The notes beneath the pieces were generated by a model. It did not search any database. It had not been told where the DNA came from and saw nothing but the letters and a program-made list of their open reading frames with translations. This document shows positions 9,633-19,454 of a stretch of 64,000 bases of DNA, in pieces. The translations under genes were made by a program, and so were the position numbers. The DNA lies in NCBI GenBank assembly GCA_020353515.1, contig CP070695.1, forward strand, positions 3,288,118 through 3,352,117, in the 5' to 3' direction. The stretch comes from Candidatus Heimdallarchaeota archaeon (lineage in GTDB: Archaea > Asgardarchaeota > Heimdallarchaeia > Hodarchaeales > Hodarchaeaceae). Position 1 is the first letter of the stretch. Each line of letters begins with the position of its first letter.

Positions 9633-12452
9633 GTGTCGTTCGACATATTAGATCCTAGGCTTCAAAAAGTTTTAGATGAGTTAGGTCTGTCACCGACTCC
9701 TAGGCAATTAGAATATCTTGAAGCTATCATTGCTAAGGAAGATGTGTTGATTGTTGCGAGTACCGGATCAGGAAAAACCTTTGGAACAATCATTGCTTGT
9801 CTTCACCGAATACTTATCGAAGAATCGAATCCAATTAACACTGTTGTAATTACTCCACTTAAAGCCCTAAATCGTGATATTTTTCGACGAGTACTACCCT
9901 CTTTAGGAGAAAAATTAGGCATCTCAATCGCTGTTCGTCATGGAGATACTACTAGTGCTGAAAGAAGAAGACAAACCAAAAATCCTCCCCAAATTTTAAT
10001 TTCAACTCCTGAATTGTTTCAGGCTTTGTTACCTGCTAAAATTCTTGGCCGAGAGCGATTAAAAAACGTTCAAACCGTAGTCATTGACGAAATACATGAA
10101 TTAGTTGAAACTAAAAGAGGAGTTCAGCTTTCATTAGCTTTAGAGCGCCTATCAACCCGCGTAGGGAAAAAAATTCAGCGAATAGGAATTTCAGCGACTT
10201 TAGGAAATCCCAAAAAAGTAATGGAATTTCTTGCTCCAGAAAACGCCGATTTTAAGGTTATTGAGATCCCATCGTTAAAACAACTTCAACTAGCAATTGA
10301 ATTTCCATCTGAATTGTCATCAAACCTCCAAGATTTCACTAAAATCCTACAAACGACTGAGGAGGCAGCAGCAAGATTTTTTCGATTAGTAGAAATTATC
10401 GAAAAAGAATCAGGAACAGTTTTACTCTTTACTAACACACGACAACAAGCTGAAATTCTTGGTTATCGTTTCAACCGATATAATGAAAATATTGACCCTG
10501 ATAAACGAATTACTTTTGAGGTTCACCATTCCAGTCTATCTGCTCAATATCGTTTACAAGCTGAAACAGAGGTGAGAGAGGGAAATTTAGAGCTAATTAT
10601 AGCTACTTCCTCTCTAGAATTAGGAATAGATATTGGAGCTGTAAGTCTTGTAATCCAATACATGAGTCCAAGAAGAATTGAAACTCTCATTCAAAGAGTT
10701 GGAAGAGCTGGACATGGCTTAGACAGAATAAGTCGTGGTATAATCATAGCAGAGAACCCCCGAGATCTTTTTGAGTCTTTTACAATTCAGGAACGAGTTG
10801 GTCAGGAGGAAGTTGAACCAACTACGATCCATTCAACAGCGTTAGACATTTTATTCCATAGTATCGTCGGGATTTTACTTGATTTCGGAGAAACCAACAT
10901 ACAAAAAATAATGGGAATTATAAAAAGGGCATATCCTTACAAGAATTTCACATCTAAAGATTTTTTACCCTTATTACAGTATGGTAAGGAGAATCATTTC
11001 TTTTTTGTTAATAAAAACCCAGGCACAGGACTGATTTCCTTAAGGGCTAAACGAAAAGCTTACCAGTATTATTATTCAAATCTTAGTAGCATTCCAACTA
11101 AAAAAAGTTACAGTGTCGTTGATATCGGTAGACAAAGTAGAGTTGGACATTTAGATGAGGCTTTTGTTTCTACTAGGGGTGAAAAAGGAGCTATTTTTAT
11201 TTTAAATGGACTTCCTTGGGAATTTTTGGCACAAAAAGAAGACCGAATAGAAGTTCGCCAAGTAAAAGGCTTAACAGAGGCAGCGATACCGACGTGGGAA
11301 GGAGAATTAATCCCTGTTTCTCAGATGGTAGCTGAAGCAGCAAAGGATCTATTCGAAAATGATCTAATAGCTGAAATGGATGCCTCACCAGTCCAGAATG
11401 AACTACTAACTTTCATTAAGGAACATAAAAAACTAGGAATTATTCCAACAAAGCATAAAATTCTAATCGAGTCTGCAGGAAGACAGTTAGTCGTACATAG
11501 TTTCTTAGGATCAAAAGGAAATGAAACCTTAGGATTATTGATTTCTTCTATTGTTGGTGCAAAACAAGGGCATTCAGTTGAATTTCGTTCTGATCCATAT
11601 TCAATTTTTCTTTCATTGCCACGACCAACAAGTCTAGTTCCTATTCTTGAGTCAATCAAGCCAGAACATATTTTCCCTTTATTAAAGCACAGAATTGGAA
11701 ATAGTGACCTCTTTAACTGGAGGATTCGTCAAGTAGCTAAGCGGTTTGGTGCTGTCACAAAAGACCTTGAAAGCTCACCGATGGTAACTAGATTGATTGT
11801 CTCTCGTTATAAGGATACAATTATTGGGGAAGAAACGATTAATGAAATTCTCTGTGAAAAAATGGATGTCAACGCAGTAATCAACTTCTTTACACAACTT
11901 CATACTGGGATAATTAGTATAGAAGAAATTCCTGTAAAACGTTTTGAATCTCCTCTTTCATTTGCAGCAACTCAACCAATTTCGCTGAATGTTCTCAAAC
12001 TAAGACCTTCACATATAATTTTAGAAAAAGTAGAGAAAAGGATCCGAAATACTTGGATAAGATTGGTATGTATGCGCCTTGATTGCAAATTCGAAAAAGT
12101 ACAGCGTGTAGAAAGTCTAGCTGAAGACATTCAATGCCCTAAATGTCATTCACGTTTCATTGCGATTGTTCATCAGAATAAAACAGGTACCAAAGGACTA
12201 CTAAAAAAATCAATTTCAAAAGACATTAAGTTAACTCGAGAAGAGAAAAAGGAGATAAACACTGCGAAAAAATCGGCCGATTTAATACTATCTTTCGGTA
12301 AAAAAGCCGCTTTCGTTCTAGCTGGACGAGGTATTGGCCCGACCACTGCTATTAGAATTCTTAGATCTCCCCAGAAAGATAAAGAGGATCTTCTCGCATT
12401 AATATACAAGCACGAAGCTGATTTTGCTCGTACGCGGGAATACTGGGATTAA
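9633..12452 (+). CDS. lhr: Lhr family SF2 helicase with C-terminal Cys4 motif
   Basis: STGSGKT, PLKALNRD, RHGDT, DEIH, ISATLGN, HHSSLS, TSSLELGIDIG, QRVGRAGH, IPTWEGE; C-terminal CMRLDC...CPKC and GRGIGP. Confidence 0.92.
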   Translation: MSFDILDPRLQKVLDELGLSPTPRQLEYLEAIIAKEDVLIVASTGSGKTFGTIIACLHRILIEESNPINTVVITPLKALNRDIFRRVLPSLGEKLGISIAVRHGDTTSAERRRQTKNPPQILISTPELFQALLPAKILGRERLKNVQTVVIDEIHELVETKRGVQLSLALERLSTRVGKKIQRIGISATLGNPKKVMEFLAPENADFKVIEIPSLKQLQLAIEFPSELSSNLQDFTKILQTTEEAAARFFRLVEIIEKESGTVLLFTNTRQQAEILGYRFNRYNENIDPDKRITFEVHHSSLSAQYRLQAETEVREGNLELIIATSSLELGIDIGAVSLVIQYMSPRRIETLIQRVGRAGHGLDRISRGIIIAENPRDLFESFTIQERVGQEEVEPTTIHSTALDILFHSIVGILLDFGETNIQKIMGIIKRAYPYKNFTSKDFLPLLQYGKENHFFFVNKNPGTGLISLRAKRKAYQYYYSNLSSIPTKKSYSVVDIGRQSRVGHLDEAFVSTRGEKGAIFILNGLPWEFLAQKEDRIEVRQVKGLTEAAIPTWEGELIPVSQMVAEAAKDLFENDLIAEMDASPVQNELLTFIKEHKKLGIIPTKHKILIESAGRQLVVHSFLGSKGNETLGLLISSIVGAKQGHSVEFRSDPYSIFLSLPRPTSLVPILESIKPEHIFPLLKHRIGNSDLFNWRIRQVAKRFGAVTKDLESSPMVTRLIVSRYKDTIIGEETINEILCEKMDVNAVINFFTQLHTGIISIEEIPVKRFESPLSFAATQPISLNVLKLRPSHIILEKVEKRIRNTWIRLVCMRLDCKFEKVQRVESLAEDIQCPKCHSRFIAIVHQNKTGTKGLLKKSISKDIKLTREEKKEINTAKKSADLILSFGKKAAFVLAGRGIGPTTAIRILRSPQKDKEDLLALIYKHEADFARTREYWD

Positions 12453-12491
12453 ATTACTATTACTTATACTCATTTTTGCGAATTTGATAAT

Positions 12492-13331
12492 TTACAGGTC
12501 TTCTAGCAACCCTAAATCGACCCCATTTGTAAGTAGTATTTTGAGTTTTGGATGTTGAATTACACTTCTCAATATTGAAAATGGCTGACTTCCTTCCTTC
12601 CTTGAAATTTGGTTAAGAACGAATCCACTCAAAAATCTATTATAAGCTGGAAGAATAGTGAGAGAAATTTTGTTATTCAATCCAGTTATCTCGTTTTCTA
12701 ATTGGTGATTGAAAATTTTAAGTACTTCTTCTCGAGAAACAATTAATTTTGCAAACACAGGATATCTATGACGGAGTTGTAGCTCATCTATAATTTCGAT
12801 TGTAGGATGCACATGTCCTAGCATTATTTCTGAAGAAAATAACACATTTTTTCCAGGTTTCATATGCCCATGGAAGACACCCAGCTGGTTAAACAACGAG
12901 GCTTCCTTCTCTGGATATATTTTGATTTTATCTTGTAAAGATTTTATTATTGAAGTATCCTGATTCCCTCGTATGAGACTAATCTCTAATCCTTCTATAC
13001 TAATAATCTGTTCCATAAAGTAGGTCAGTGCTTTTTCTCTCAACCATTTATGTGAAACCCATGGCCCGTTTTCTTTCCGTTTTAAACTTCTAAAATGGAT
13101 GAAACTATGTTCTAGATCCCCCAAGATTATCAGTTGATCTGTTAATGTCTCTTCTATATCTTTTTTTAGTTGATCGATTATTTCAAAAGACCATTCTGGT
13201 TTACTGGATTTTAATCCTCTGTTTGCCCACTCTGCTTCAAATCCTAAATGAAGATCAGCAACTAGCAGTACCTTTGTATTGTTGAACTTACGTAACAAGT
13301 ACCGTCTGTCAATTGAATTCTCGTGAGCCAT
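12492..13331 (-). CDS. Calcineurin-like metallophosphoesterase (Lhr-associated MPE type)
   Basis: ADLHLG, LGDLEH, RGNQD, FHGH, GHVHP, LPAYN. Confidence 0.85.
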   Translation of the reverse strand: MAHENSIDRRYLLRKFNNTKVLLVADLHLGFEAEWANRGLKSSKPEWSFEIIDQLKKDIEETLTDQLIILGDLEHSFIHFRSLKRKENGPWVSHKWLREKALTYFMEQIISIEGLEISLIRGNQDTSIIKSLQDKIKIYPEKEASLFNQLGVFHGHMKPGKNVLFSSEIMLGHVHPTIEIIDELQLRHRYPVFAKLIVSREEVLKIFNHQLENEITGLNNKISLTILPAYNRFLSGFVLNQISRKEGSQPFSILRSVIQHPKLKILLTNGVDLGLLEDL

Positions 13332-13351
13332 ATTACATCAAATTTGGAATT

Positions 13352-14053
13352 TTATTTTCTTTTCAACATTCTGCGTACTATTACGTTTCTATCTGCTATT
13401 GATTTTAGTGCTTGCTCAAAATTTTCATTAGGAGATAAACCATAATTTAAGAATAGTCCTGTTCGACCAACCTTGTCTCTTCGTGAAAGGACACGTATCC
13501 TTTCATCAATCATTCTTTGTGATAAGGATAGAATTTGAATTACTTTGTTTTTATTTGTACTAATGGAAGAAAACCAATATCCTTCTTTTTCAGGCTCAAT
13601 TAGCAACAATTTTTTTGTTACTCCAGCTATTCTTTGGTTAAGATGGAGATCCTTGAGGTAAAGATATCCAGAAAAACGATAAAATTCCTCTTCCCTTTCA
13701 GTGGGGTGACATAATGGAAAACTGATATTAATTTCATCCTGCAAAGATAAAACACCACGTATAGTAGAGTTTGGAGTTCCCATCATTATTCTATGATCAG
13801 TAAATTGTAAGTCATCTATCAAGTCCAATTTATAGGAGGGAATTTGAACAGGGATATGAATATCAATATCGGATGTTTCGCAAACGTCCCCTCTCGCCAC
13901 AGAACCGTGAATAAATCCGCTAATCCCTTTTTGTTCTAGAATTTCTAATATTTTGATTGCAGTTCTCCGTAATCTTTCCAAGAGGATCCATTCATCTTCA
14001 GTATAACTATGAAATTCTCGTCCAACATGTTTTACTATTTTTTCTCTAGGCAT
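13352..14053 (-). CDS. Archaeal predicted nucleotidyltransferase (Pol-beta superfamily)
   Basis: HGSVARGDVCETSDIDI; EFYRFSG; RIAGVTKKL; ERIRVLSRRDKVGRTG. Confidence 0.82.
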   Translation of the reverse strand: MPREKIVKHVGREFHSYTEDEWILLERLRRTAIKILEILEQKGISGFIHGSVARGDVCETSDIDIHIPVQIPSYKLDLIDDLQFTDHRIMMGTPNSTIRGVLSLQDEINISFPLCHPTEREEEFYRFSGYLYLKDLHLNQRIAGVTKKLLLIEPEKEGYWFSSISTNKNKVIQILSLSQRMIDERIRVLSRRDKVGRTGLFLNYGLSPNENFEQALKSIADRNVIVRRMLKRK

Positions 14054-14275
14054 TGATTCCAGCTGTTTCTTTTAAACCCGTTTTAAATCCATTGCTAATT
14101 TCAATCGTTTTTAATAAGGCACAGATTCCTTCTTGGAAATGACTCAACTTATTAGTTACAGCAGGGATTATTGTTGTCTGTCGTGGTTTCTCAACTAGAA
14201 AAAACATATCGTCGGCCCAGTGGAGAAATGAATTTCATCTCCCGTTTTCGATCGATAGCTGATTAAATTCTCTTA

Positions 14276-14527
14276 TTACCAACCAGAAACTATATTTTTG
14301 CTGTAATGGATATCTAAAGTTCGTGTCTCAAAGTCGATTTGATAGTCAAGATTAGACCCAAAGGATGATTGAAGCTTTGGAATCTCAGCAACACAGGCTT
14401 TACAGATATCCAATGAAGAAATAAAGTTAATTAAGCAAGATAACTCATCTTGTTCGACATTTTCTTTAGTATAGTTTCTGACACGATAATTTTCAATTAT
14501 TAAAGTCTGATTTGGTTGAGACAACAT
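14276..14527 (-). CDS. Hypothetical protein
   Basis: 83-aa ORF filling the gap between co-oriented genes; no motif recognised. Confidence 0.4.
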   Translation of the reverse strand: MLSQPNQTLIIENYRVRNYTKENVEQDELSCLINFISSLDICKACVAEIPKLQSSFGSNLDYQIDFETRTLDIHYSKNIVSGW

Positions 14528-14614
14528 GAATCCCTAGCTTTTCTTAAAGCTAGTTCGATTCATTTCTAAAATTGACATATTATCAAGATGTTACTACAAA
14601 TTTCTCACAAAAGT

Positions 14615-15454
14615 TCAAAAAATTTCCAGAGAATCTTGTTCAATACCTATCATTTCTTGAATCATCTCTTGATAGTTATCAAACATACCAGGGCCGAGTT
14701 TAATTGCATAAAAAACTTCAGCTAATTCTATATCACCATTTGATAAATTAGCAAGTGCTTGGGAAACCATTCTTAACATAGTACCAGCTCCATCCTGTAG
14801 CTGAGTTTTCTGTTCTTCAGTTAAGTTGGTAGGATCCGCTCCTTCTACAAAAAGGTCAGCCATCATCTCTACTTGTGATTGATGACAAAATATTGCTTTC
14901 ATTTTTTTATCCATTGTATGAGTAATATCTACTAAACGATTAGGTTTATGTTCTATAGGGATCATATACCATAGTTCTTCTGGTTGGTGAGGTCCCAGGC
15001 CCTCTTTCAGATGTTCGGGATACATCATAGGAAAGCAAGAAAATGTAACTGCTTCAGATGCCATCCGTCCCACCTCAATATGATCTGGGTGAACCTGATA
15101 TTTTTTCCATGGATCAAATGTTATTACTCTATCCGGTTTAAGTTTTCGAACCCAGTATATTAAACGCTCTTTTAATTGATCAATGTGATCACGAAGAAAA
15201 CCATCGGGAAAATCTAAGAAAATTGCTTTTTCTCCTCCAAGGGTTTTCATAGCATTCGTTAATTCTACCTTTCTGGTCTTTGCTAACTCTTCAGGGGTTA
15301 TATCAGTTATCTTAGCTCCTAAATTACCATTTGTCGCACAAATAGCAAAAATCTGATGCCCTTCCTCGGCCCACTTAGCTAGAGTGCCTCCCGCCAAGAA
15401 TTCAGCATCATCAGGATGAGCATATATTGCAAGGATCACTTTTTTATGGGTCAT
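14615..15454 (-). CDS. PIG-L family deacetylase
   Basis: AHPDDAE, TNGNLG, FPDG, HPDH, HQSQ motifs. Confidence 0.9.
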   Translation of the reverse strand: MTHKKVILAIYAHPDDAEFLAGGTLAKWAEEGHQIFAICATNGNLGAKITDITPEELAKTRKVELTNAMKTLGGEKAIFLDFPDGFLRDHIDQLKERLIYWVRKLKPDRVITFDPWKKYQVHPDHIEVGRMASEAVTFSCFPMMYPEHLKEGLGPHQPEELWYMIPIEHKPNRLVDITHTMDKKMKAIFCHQSQVEMMADLFVEGADPTNLTEEQKTQLQDGAGTMLRMVSQALANLSNGDIELAEVFYAIKLGPGMFDNYQEMIQEMIGIEQDSLEIF

Positions 15455-15563
15455 TCTATTTAAACTCCAATTTCTGTTTAAGGAAATTCTTGATATTGTG
15501 ATAAACCTTCTTTTGAGCTTTCACATTTTTTTACTTTAAATCTTCATCAGAAATTTAAGGGGA

Positions 15564-16448
15564 TTACATTGAACGAATAATTTCTGATTTAGATTTAGTA
15601 ACTTTAGTTCTGGTTGTACTTATATTTTGACGATGCTTTGAGGAATTTGGAATTAGTGTGGTATTAAAACTACGAATCAATTTGAATAAATGCTCTGGAA
15701 TTGCAGGATTCCCTACTAATAACTGGACACCATTTTGGATGAATTTTTCTATCCGAGTTTGATAATTTTGGGATGTGAGGACAAATCTATCAAAACTTGA
15801 TCGTAATATACACTGAATTTCTGGGATTAAATCATTCCAAAGTTGTTTGTTCATTGGTGGAGTTATAAAAGAATACCCTTTCTTCTTCAATTCTTGTTGA
15901 GTTATATTTCTTCGAATTAAGTAACCTAGCAATGATTTGATAGCCTCTTCATCAGAAATAGAGTGAGCTAATGGGGAATATACAGCTATGGGGGGTTTAA
16001 ATTCGTTCGAAATAACACGAGGGTCTCCATGAAGTATAAAGGGGATAATTGGGGCATACTGGTGTTGTAATTTCTGGATTAATTTTGAATTCACGTTTTC
16101 CACTCCTAAAAACAATACAGAGGAATTTTTTTCACGTATTCGAGTAAATATATTGTGGAATGCTTTTGTTAAAGGTAATTGGGTGTCAATAGAGGGATAG
16201 TTGGGGTGCCCTGCAACAATGCAAAAATAGAGATGAGGATTATTTCTTGCTATCCGTAAATAATTCTCGAGGAGATGCTTTCGTTGGAAGTGAAATTCGC
16301 AACCCCGTATTGCAATAGTGAAAACCAAAAAATGACGAATTTGTTCAACTATCTTTTCTAATTCATCTGGTTTGAGGAGAGGCTTTTGTCCTTCGTAATC
16401 AATAAACACAAATCGATGAAATTTATCTGCATAAAATATTGCTTCCAA
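15564..16448 (-). CDS. Hypothetical protein, possibly divergent luciferase-like (LLM/Mer) TIM-barrel fold
   Basis: Weak resemblance: CIVAGHP (LLM GiGxG), IAVYSPLAHSISDEEA, FDRFVL...RIEKFIQNGVQLLVGNP (Mer-like C-terminus). Start is uncertain. Confidence 0.4.
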   Translation of the reverse strand: MEAIFYADKFHRFVFIDYEGQKPLLKPDELEKIVEQIRHFLVFTIAIRGCEFHFQRKHLLENYLRIARNNPHLYFCIVAGHPNYPSIDTQLPLTKAFHNIFTRIREKNSSVLFLGVENVNSKLIQKLQHQYAPIIPFILHGDPRVISNEFKPPIAVYSPLAHSISDEEAIKSLLGYLIRRNITQQELKKKGYSFITPPMNKQLWNDLIPEIQCILRSSFDRFVLTSQNYQTRIEKFIQNGVQLLVGNPAIPEHLFKLIRSFNTTLIPNSSKHRQNISTTRTKVTKSKSEIIRSM

Positions 16449-16684
16449 TAACTCTCGTGTTGTTTTGAATAAAGTTCGTTTCAGGGCAATACCAGTTAGA
16501 CATGTTGTAGAATCAGTTAGGAACGTATTCCCACATTTCTTTATACCTCGTCAGGGACTAATTCAGGAACTTCATAAGGACCTGAATTTTCAGCATTTTT
16601 TGTTGAAAAAATGGTTTTTACGTTGGAGAACTCCTAAACTGTTTTGAATGAATTTTAAAAAGACGTTACCAAGGTGGATTTTCA

Positions 16685-17005
16685 ATGTTGGACGATGAGA
16701 ATGGACCATTTGATGAATCAGATGAGCGTGTGCAGCCTGAAGTGATTCCTTCTAAAGAATTTTTCAGAATTCTTATCTTTCTTGCGGTAATAGCTTCTAT
16801 TTCTGGTTTTTTCATTCTCCTTAGTATAATAGCAGTTTCAATATCAAATGCAACAATTTTATACCCTTATGGCTTTGTCTTAGGAATGTTACTCTTCTTA
16901 GGTGGACTTATTCTGTTATTAGGCATGATCTTTCTTCATCAAGAATCAAAAAAGACACCAGGTGTGGTTTCAACCAATACTAACGAAAATGAGCCAAAGA
17001 TTTGA
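16685..17005 (+). CDS. Small two-TM membrane protein
   Basis: Two long hydrophobic segments with acidic N-terminal and polar C-terminal tails; AGGTGG upstream. Confidence 0.6.
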   Translation: MLDDENGPFDESDERVQPEVIPSKEFFRILIFLAVIASISGFFILLSIIAVSISNATILYPYGFVLGMLLFLGGLILLLGMIFLHQESKKTPGVVSTNTNENEPKI

Positions 17006-17209
17006 CATAAATAATCCTCTGTTTGTCTCATTATATATCCCATAAGAAAACTTAATAACCTCAATCATTGTAATTGAATTATTATTTTGAAAGAACTCGT
17101 TATTAAATTGTCTTTAAGTTCTGTTCCCACCATCCTCTGTCTGTATCAGATGCCATTAAGTCGGTATTTTTAAAGGAATGCGAGAATGATTATATAGGAG
17201 CCAAATTCG

Positions 17210-17935
17210 GTGGAAGCTTACTATGACCAACCTGGACAAGTAATTCAGGTTATTGAAGCATTGGCAGACCCTACACGGCGCAGAATGTTGCTCCTTATGT
17301 ACAGAAATCCTGCAGGGCTTACAGCATCAAATCTAGCAGACATGCTGCGAAAAAAAATCCCAACAATACTTCATCATCTTAAAAGCCTTGAAGAATTAGA
17401 TTTAGCATATTATGACATGCTAAAAATAGGGGGACAGCGGGAAGTAAAACATTGGAGAGTAAAGCATAAAAAATTCGTCATAGATATAGATATGGATAGT
17501 ATCGCGTTACCAGAAGATTATATCATTGCTTTATTTGAGGATGAAAAGAGTAGAGCTGGAATGATAACAGAAGATTTTGGTAAAACGTTACATCCAGAAG
17601 AAATTAGAAATCGACTTCAAGTTAAGCATCCAAACATAACAGATCGACAAGCAGAGATTATTAAAGGTCATTTGAGTCGAAAACGAGATTTGGAACACTA
17701 TCTTCTCCAATGGATTTATGGTGAGTTCGTTAATTCAGCTGGTGCTTTACAGTTGAATTTCTTTGAATTTGGCCAACATTTTGCATTAGATGAGAATTTG
17801 AGACGAGTATTGTTTGAAAAATTGATGGAATCTCAAAATTTCACTCCATATACTTACACCGAGAATGGCCAGGTCATTCAAAGAATGGCTCTCCGATCTG
17901 AGTACTTAAAATCCCATAAAGATTCAAGAATTTAG
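17210..17935 (+). CDS. ArsR-like winged-helix protein with unknown C-terminal domain
   Basis: ALADPTRRRML...LTASNLADML...TILHHLKSLEELDL. Confidence 0.75.
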   Translation: MEAYYDQPGQVIQVIEALADPTRRRMLLLMYRNPAGLTASNLADMLRKKIPTILHHLKSLEELDLAYYDMLKIGGQREVKHWRVKHKKFVIDIDMDSIALPEDYIIALFEDEKSRAGMITEDFGKTLHPEEIRNRLQVKHPNITDRQAEIIKGHLSRKRDLEHYLLQWIYGEFVNSAGALQLNFFEFGQHFALDENLRRVLFEKLMESQNFTPYTYTENGQVIQRMALRSEYLKSHKDSRI

Positions 17936-17960
17936 TTTAAAGTTAATTGGAAGATAATTC

Positions 17961-18794
17961 TCAATCAGGACTCTTGTATATTCCTTTTAATTCAGCTATC
18001 CAGTTTAGCATTTCCTTATGTAATTTAGGTGCTGCAACAATTAACTGGTCAAACACTTGATCAGATGGATGGATTGGTTTTCCCTCTAGATTTGTGAATT
18101 TAAATCCGAGTCTATCAAGAATTACCGCTGCTGCTGCAATATCCCAAAATTGTCCCTTTCTTCCAGCCCCCCAAAATAATCCTCCATCAAGAGTCCCTTG
18201 AGCAATCAACATTAAATGCTGTGATATCCCTCCACCAAGTCTATATGACCTTCCAATCTTTCCCGTTAAATCAGATGTAGCCAGTTCCTTTTTAAGAGGA
18301 TCAGAAAGGCTACTTGAGAAATCGATGAGTAATCGAGCTTTTTTAATGGGACATGTTTTAGGAGAATGAAGAGTGTTTCCGTTTAGACGTACTTCTCCCC
18401 CTTTTGCAGCAGAATAGAGCATATCAGTAAATGGATTATAAACCACACCTGCTAATACCCCTGATTTATCCCATGCTGCGACTGACATACTAACAAAGGC
18501 AAAGTTTCCTCTTAGAAATGCTTTTGTTCCATCTAAAGGATCAATGAACCAGATAATGTTATCTGGGAGTGCTTCAATGTCAATTTTCGATTCTTCTGCT
18601 TGAATAATATGATCAGGAAAATACATCAATATATGATTCTTGATTAATCGTTCAGATTCCATGTCAAAGCTTGTGACGACATCACTTTTACCTTTTCGGA
18701 AGATCTGAAGTCCTTCAAAAGACAATAAGCGAAGAAAAGATCCTGCCATCTTGGCTGCTTGTTCTGCAACTGTTTGAAGATCATCAATATTCAT
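17961..18794 (-). CDS. Inositol monophosphatase family protein
   Basis: DVVTSFD, AEE, WFIDPLDGTKAF, WDIAAA. Start placed at ATG 18794 after GAGGT (the ORF track starts at 18830). Confidence 0.88.
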   Translation of the reverse strand: MNIDDLQTVAEQAAKMAGSFLRLLSFEGLQIFRKGKSDVVTSFDMESERLIKNHILMYFPDHIIQAEESKIDIEALPDNIIWFIDPLDGTKAFLRGNFAFVSMSVAAWDKSGVLAGVVYNPFTDMLYSAAKGGEVRLNGNTLHSPKTCPIKKARLLIDFSSSLSDPLKKELATSDLTGKIGRSYRLGGGISQHLMLIAQGTLDGGLFWGAGRKGQFWDIAAAAVILDRLGFKFTNLEGKPIHPSDQVFDQLIVAAPKLHKEMLNWIAELKGIYKSPD

Positions 18795-18804
18795 TATTGT
18801 TACC

Positions 18805-19203
18805 TCATTTCTCCAACTTAGCCAACTCAAAGCTTACTTGAGTACTCAAACCATCCAATAAAGGCATCACATCACCAACAGCACCAGGAGCAGCAGCTGC
18901 AACCATAAAAATTTCTTCTGCGACAGGTGCTATATAGCACTCTCTTTTTGGAGTACGAAAGATTAAAATATTGATATTCTCTTTAGTTCGATCATTAAAC
19001 GAAGATTTTAACTCTTCAAACGCAATGAGTCCTAAAATATTTATCGATTCCATCTCAGCGGGATCACAAGTCGCTGTAGAATATAGCTCGAGTCCTTCAC
19101 CTGTAATAATGGAAATACACAATGGGATTTCTACATACTTACTGTCAAAGACCTTCTCAACGACGCTTATTGCTTTTTGGGCACTTTCAGACATAGTAAT
19201 CAT
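18805..19203 (-). CDS. Roadblock/LAMTOR (MglB-like) domain protein
   Basis: N-terminal helix, CISIITGEGLELYST, long helix, ILIFRTPKRECYIAPVAEEIFMVAAA strands and a C-terminal helix match the roadblock topology. Confidence 0.65.
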   Translation of the reverse strand: MITMSESAQKAISVVEKVFDSKYVEIPLCISIITGEGLELYSTATCDPAEMESINILGLIAFEELKSSFNDRTKENINILIFRTPKRECYIAPVAEEIFMVAAAAPGAVGDVMPLLDGLSTQVSFELAKLEK

Positions 19204-19454
19204 CTCTTAGGAGAATTTTGATAAAGAACATGACGACAACAGATTCTGTTTTCATTTTAAAGGAATTTTATCCCTTTTAGGAGATATTCTATCATATTTC
19301 GTTTGACTCAAAGGCGAAAGGTCTTTGATACTTGAAAAATATTTGCTATTTAAGCAATTAATCCTCAAATATTGACCCTAAAGTTTTTTTGTGAAATTTT
19401 TAGGGGCAAATGTATAAGCAATACACCCATTTTTGCCAATTAATGTGATTTATT

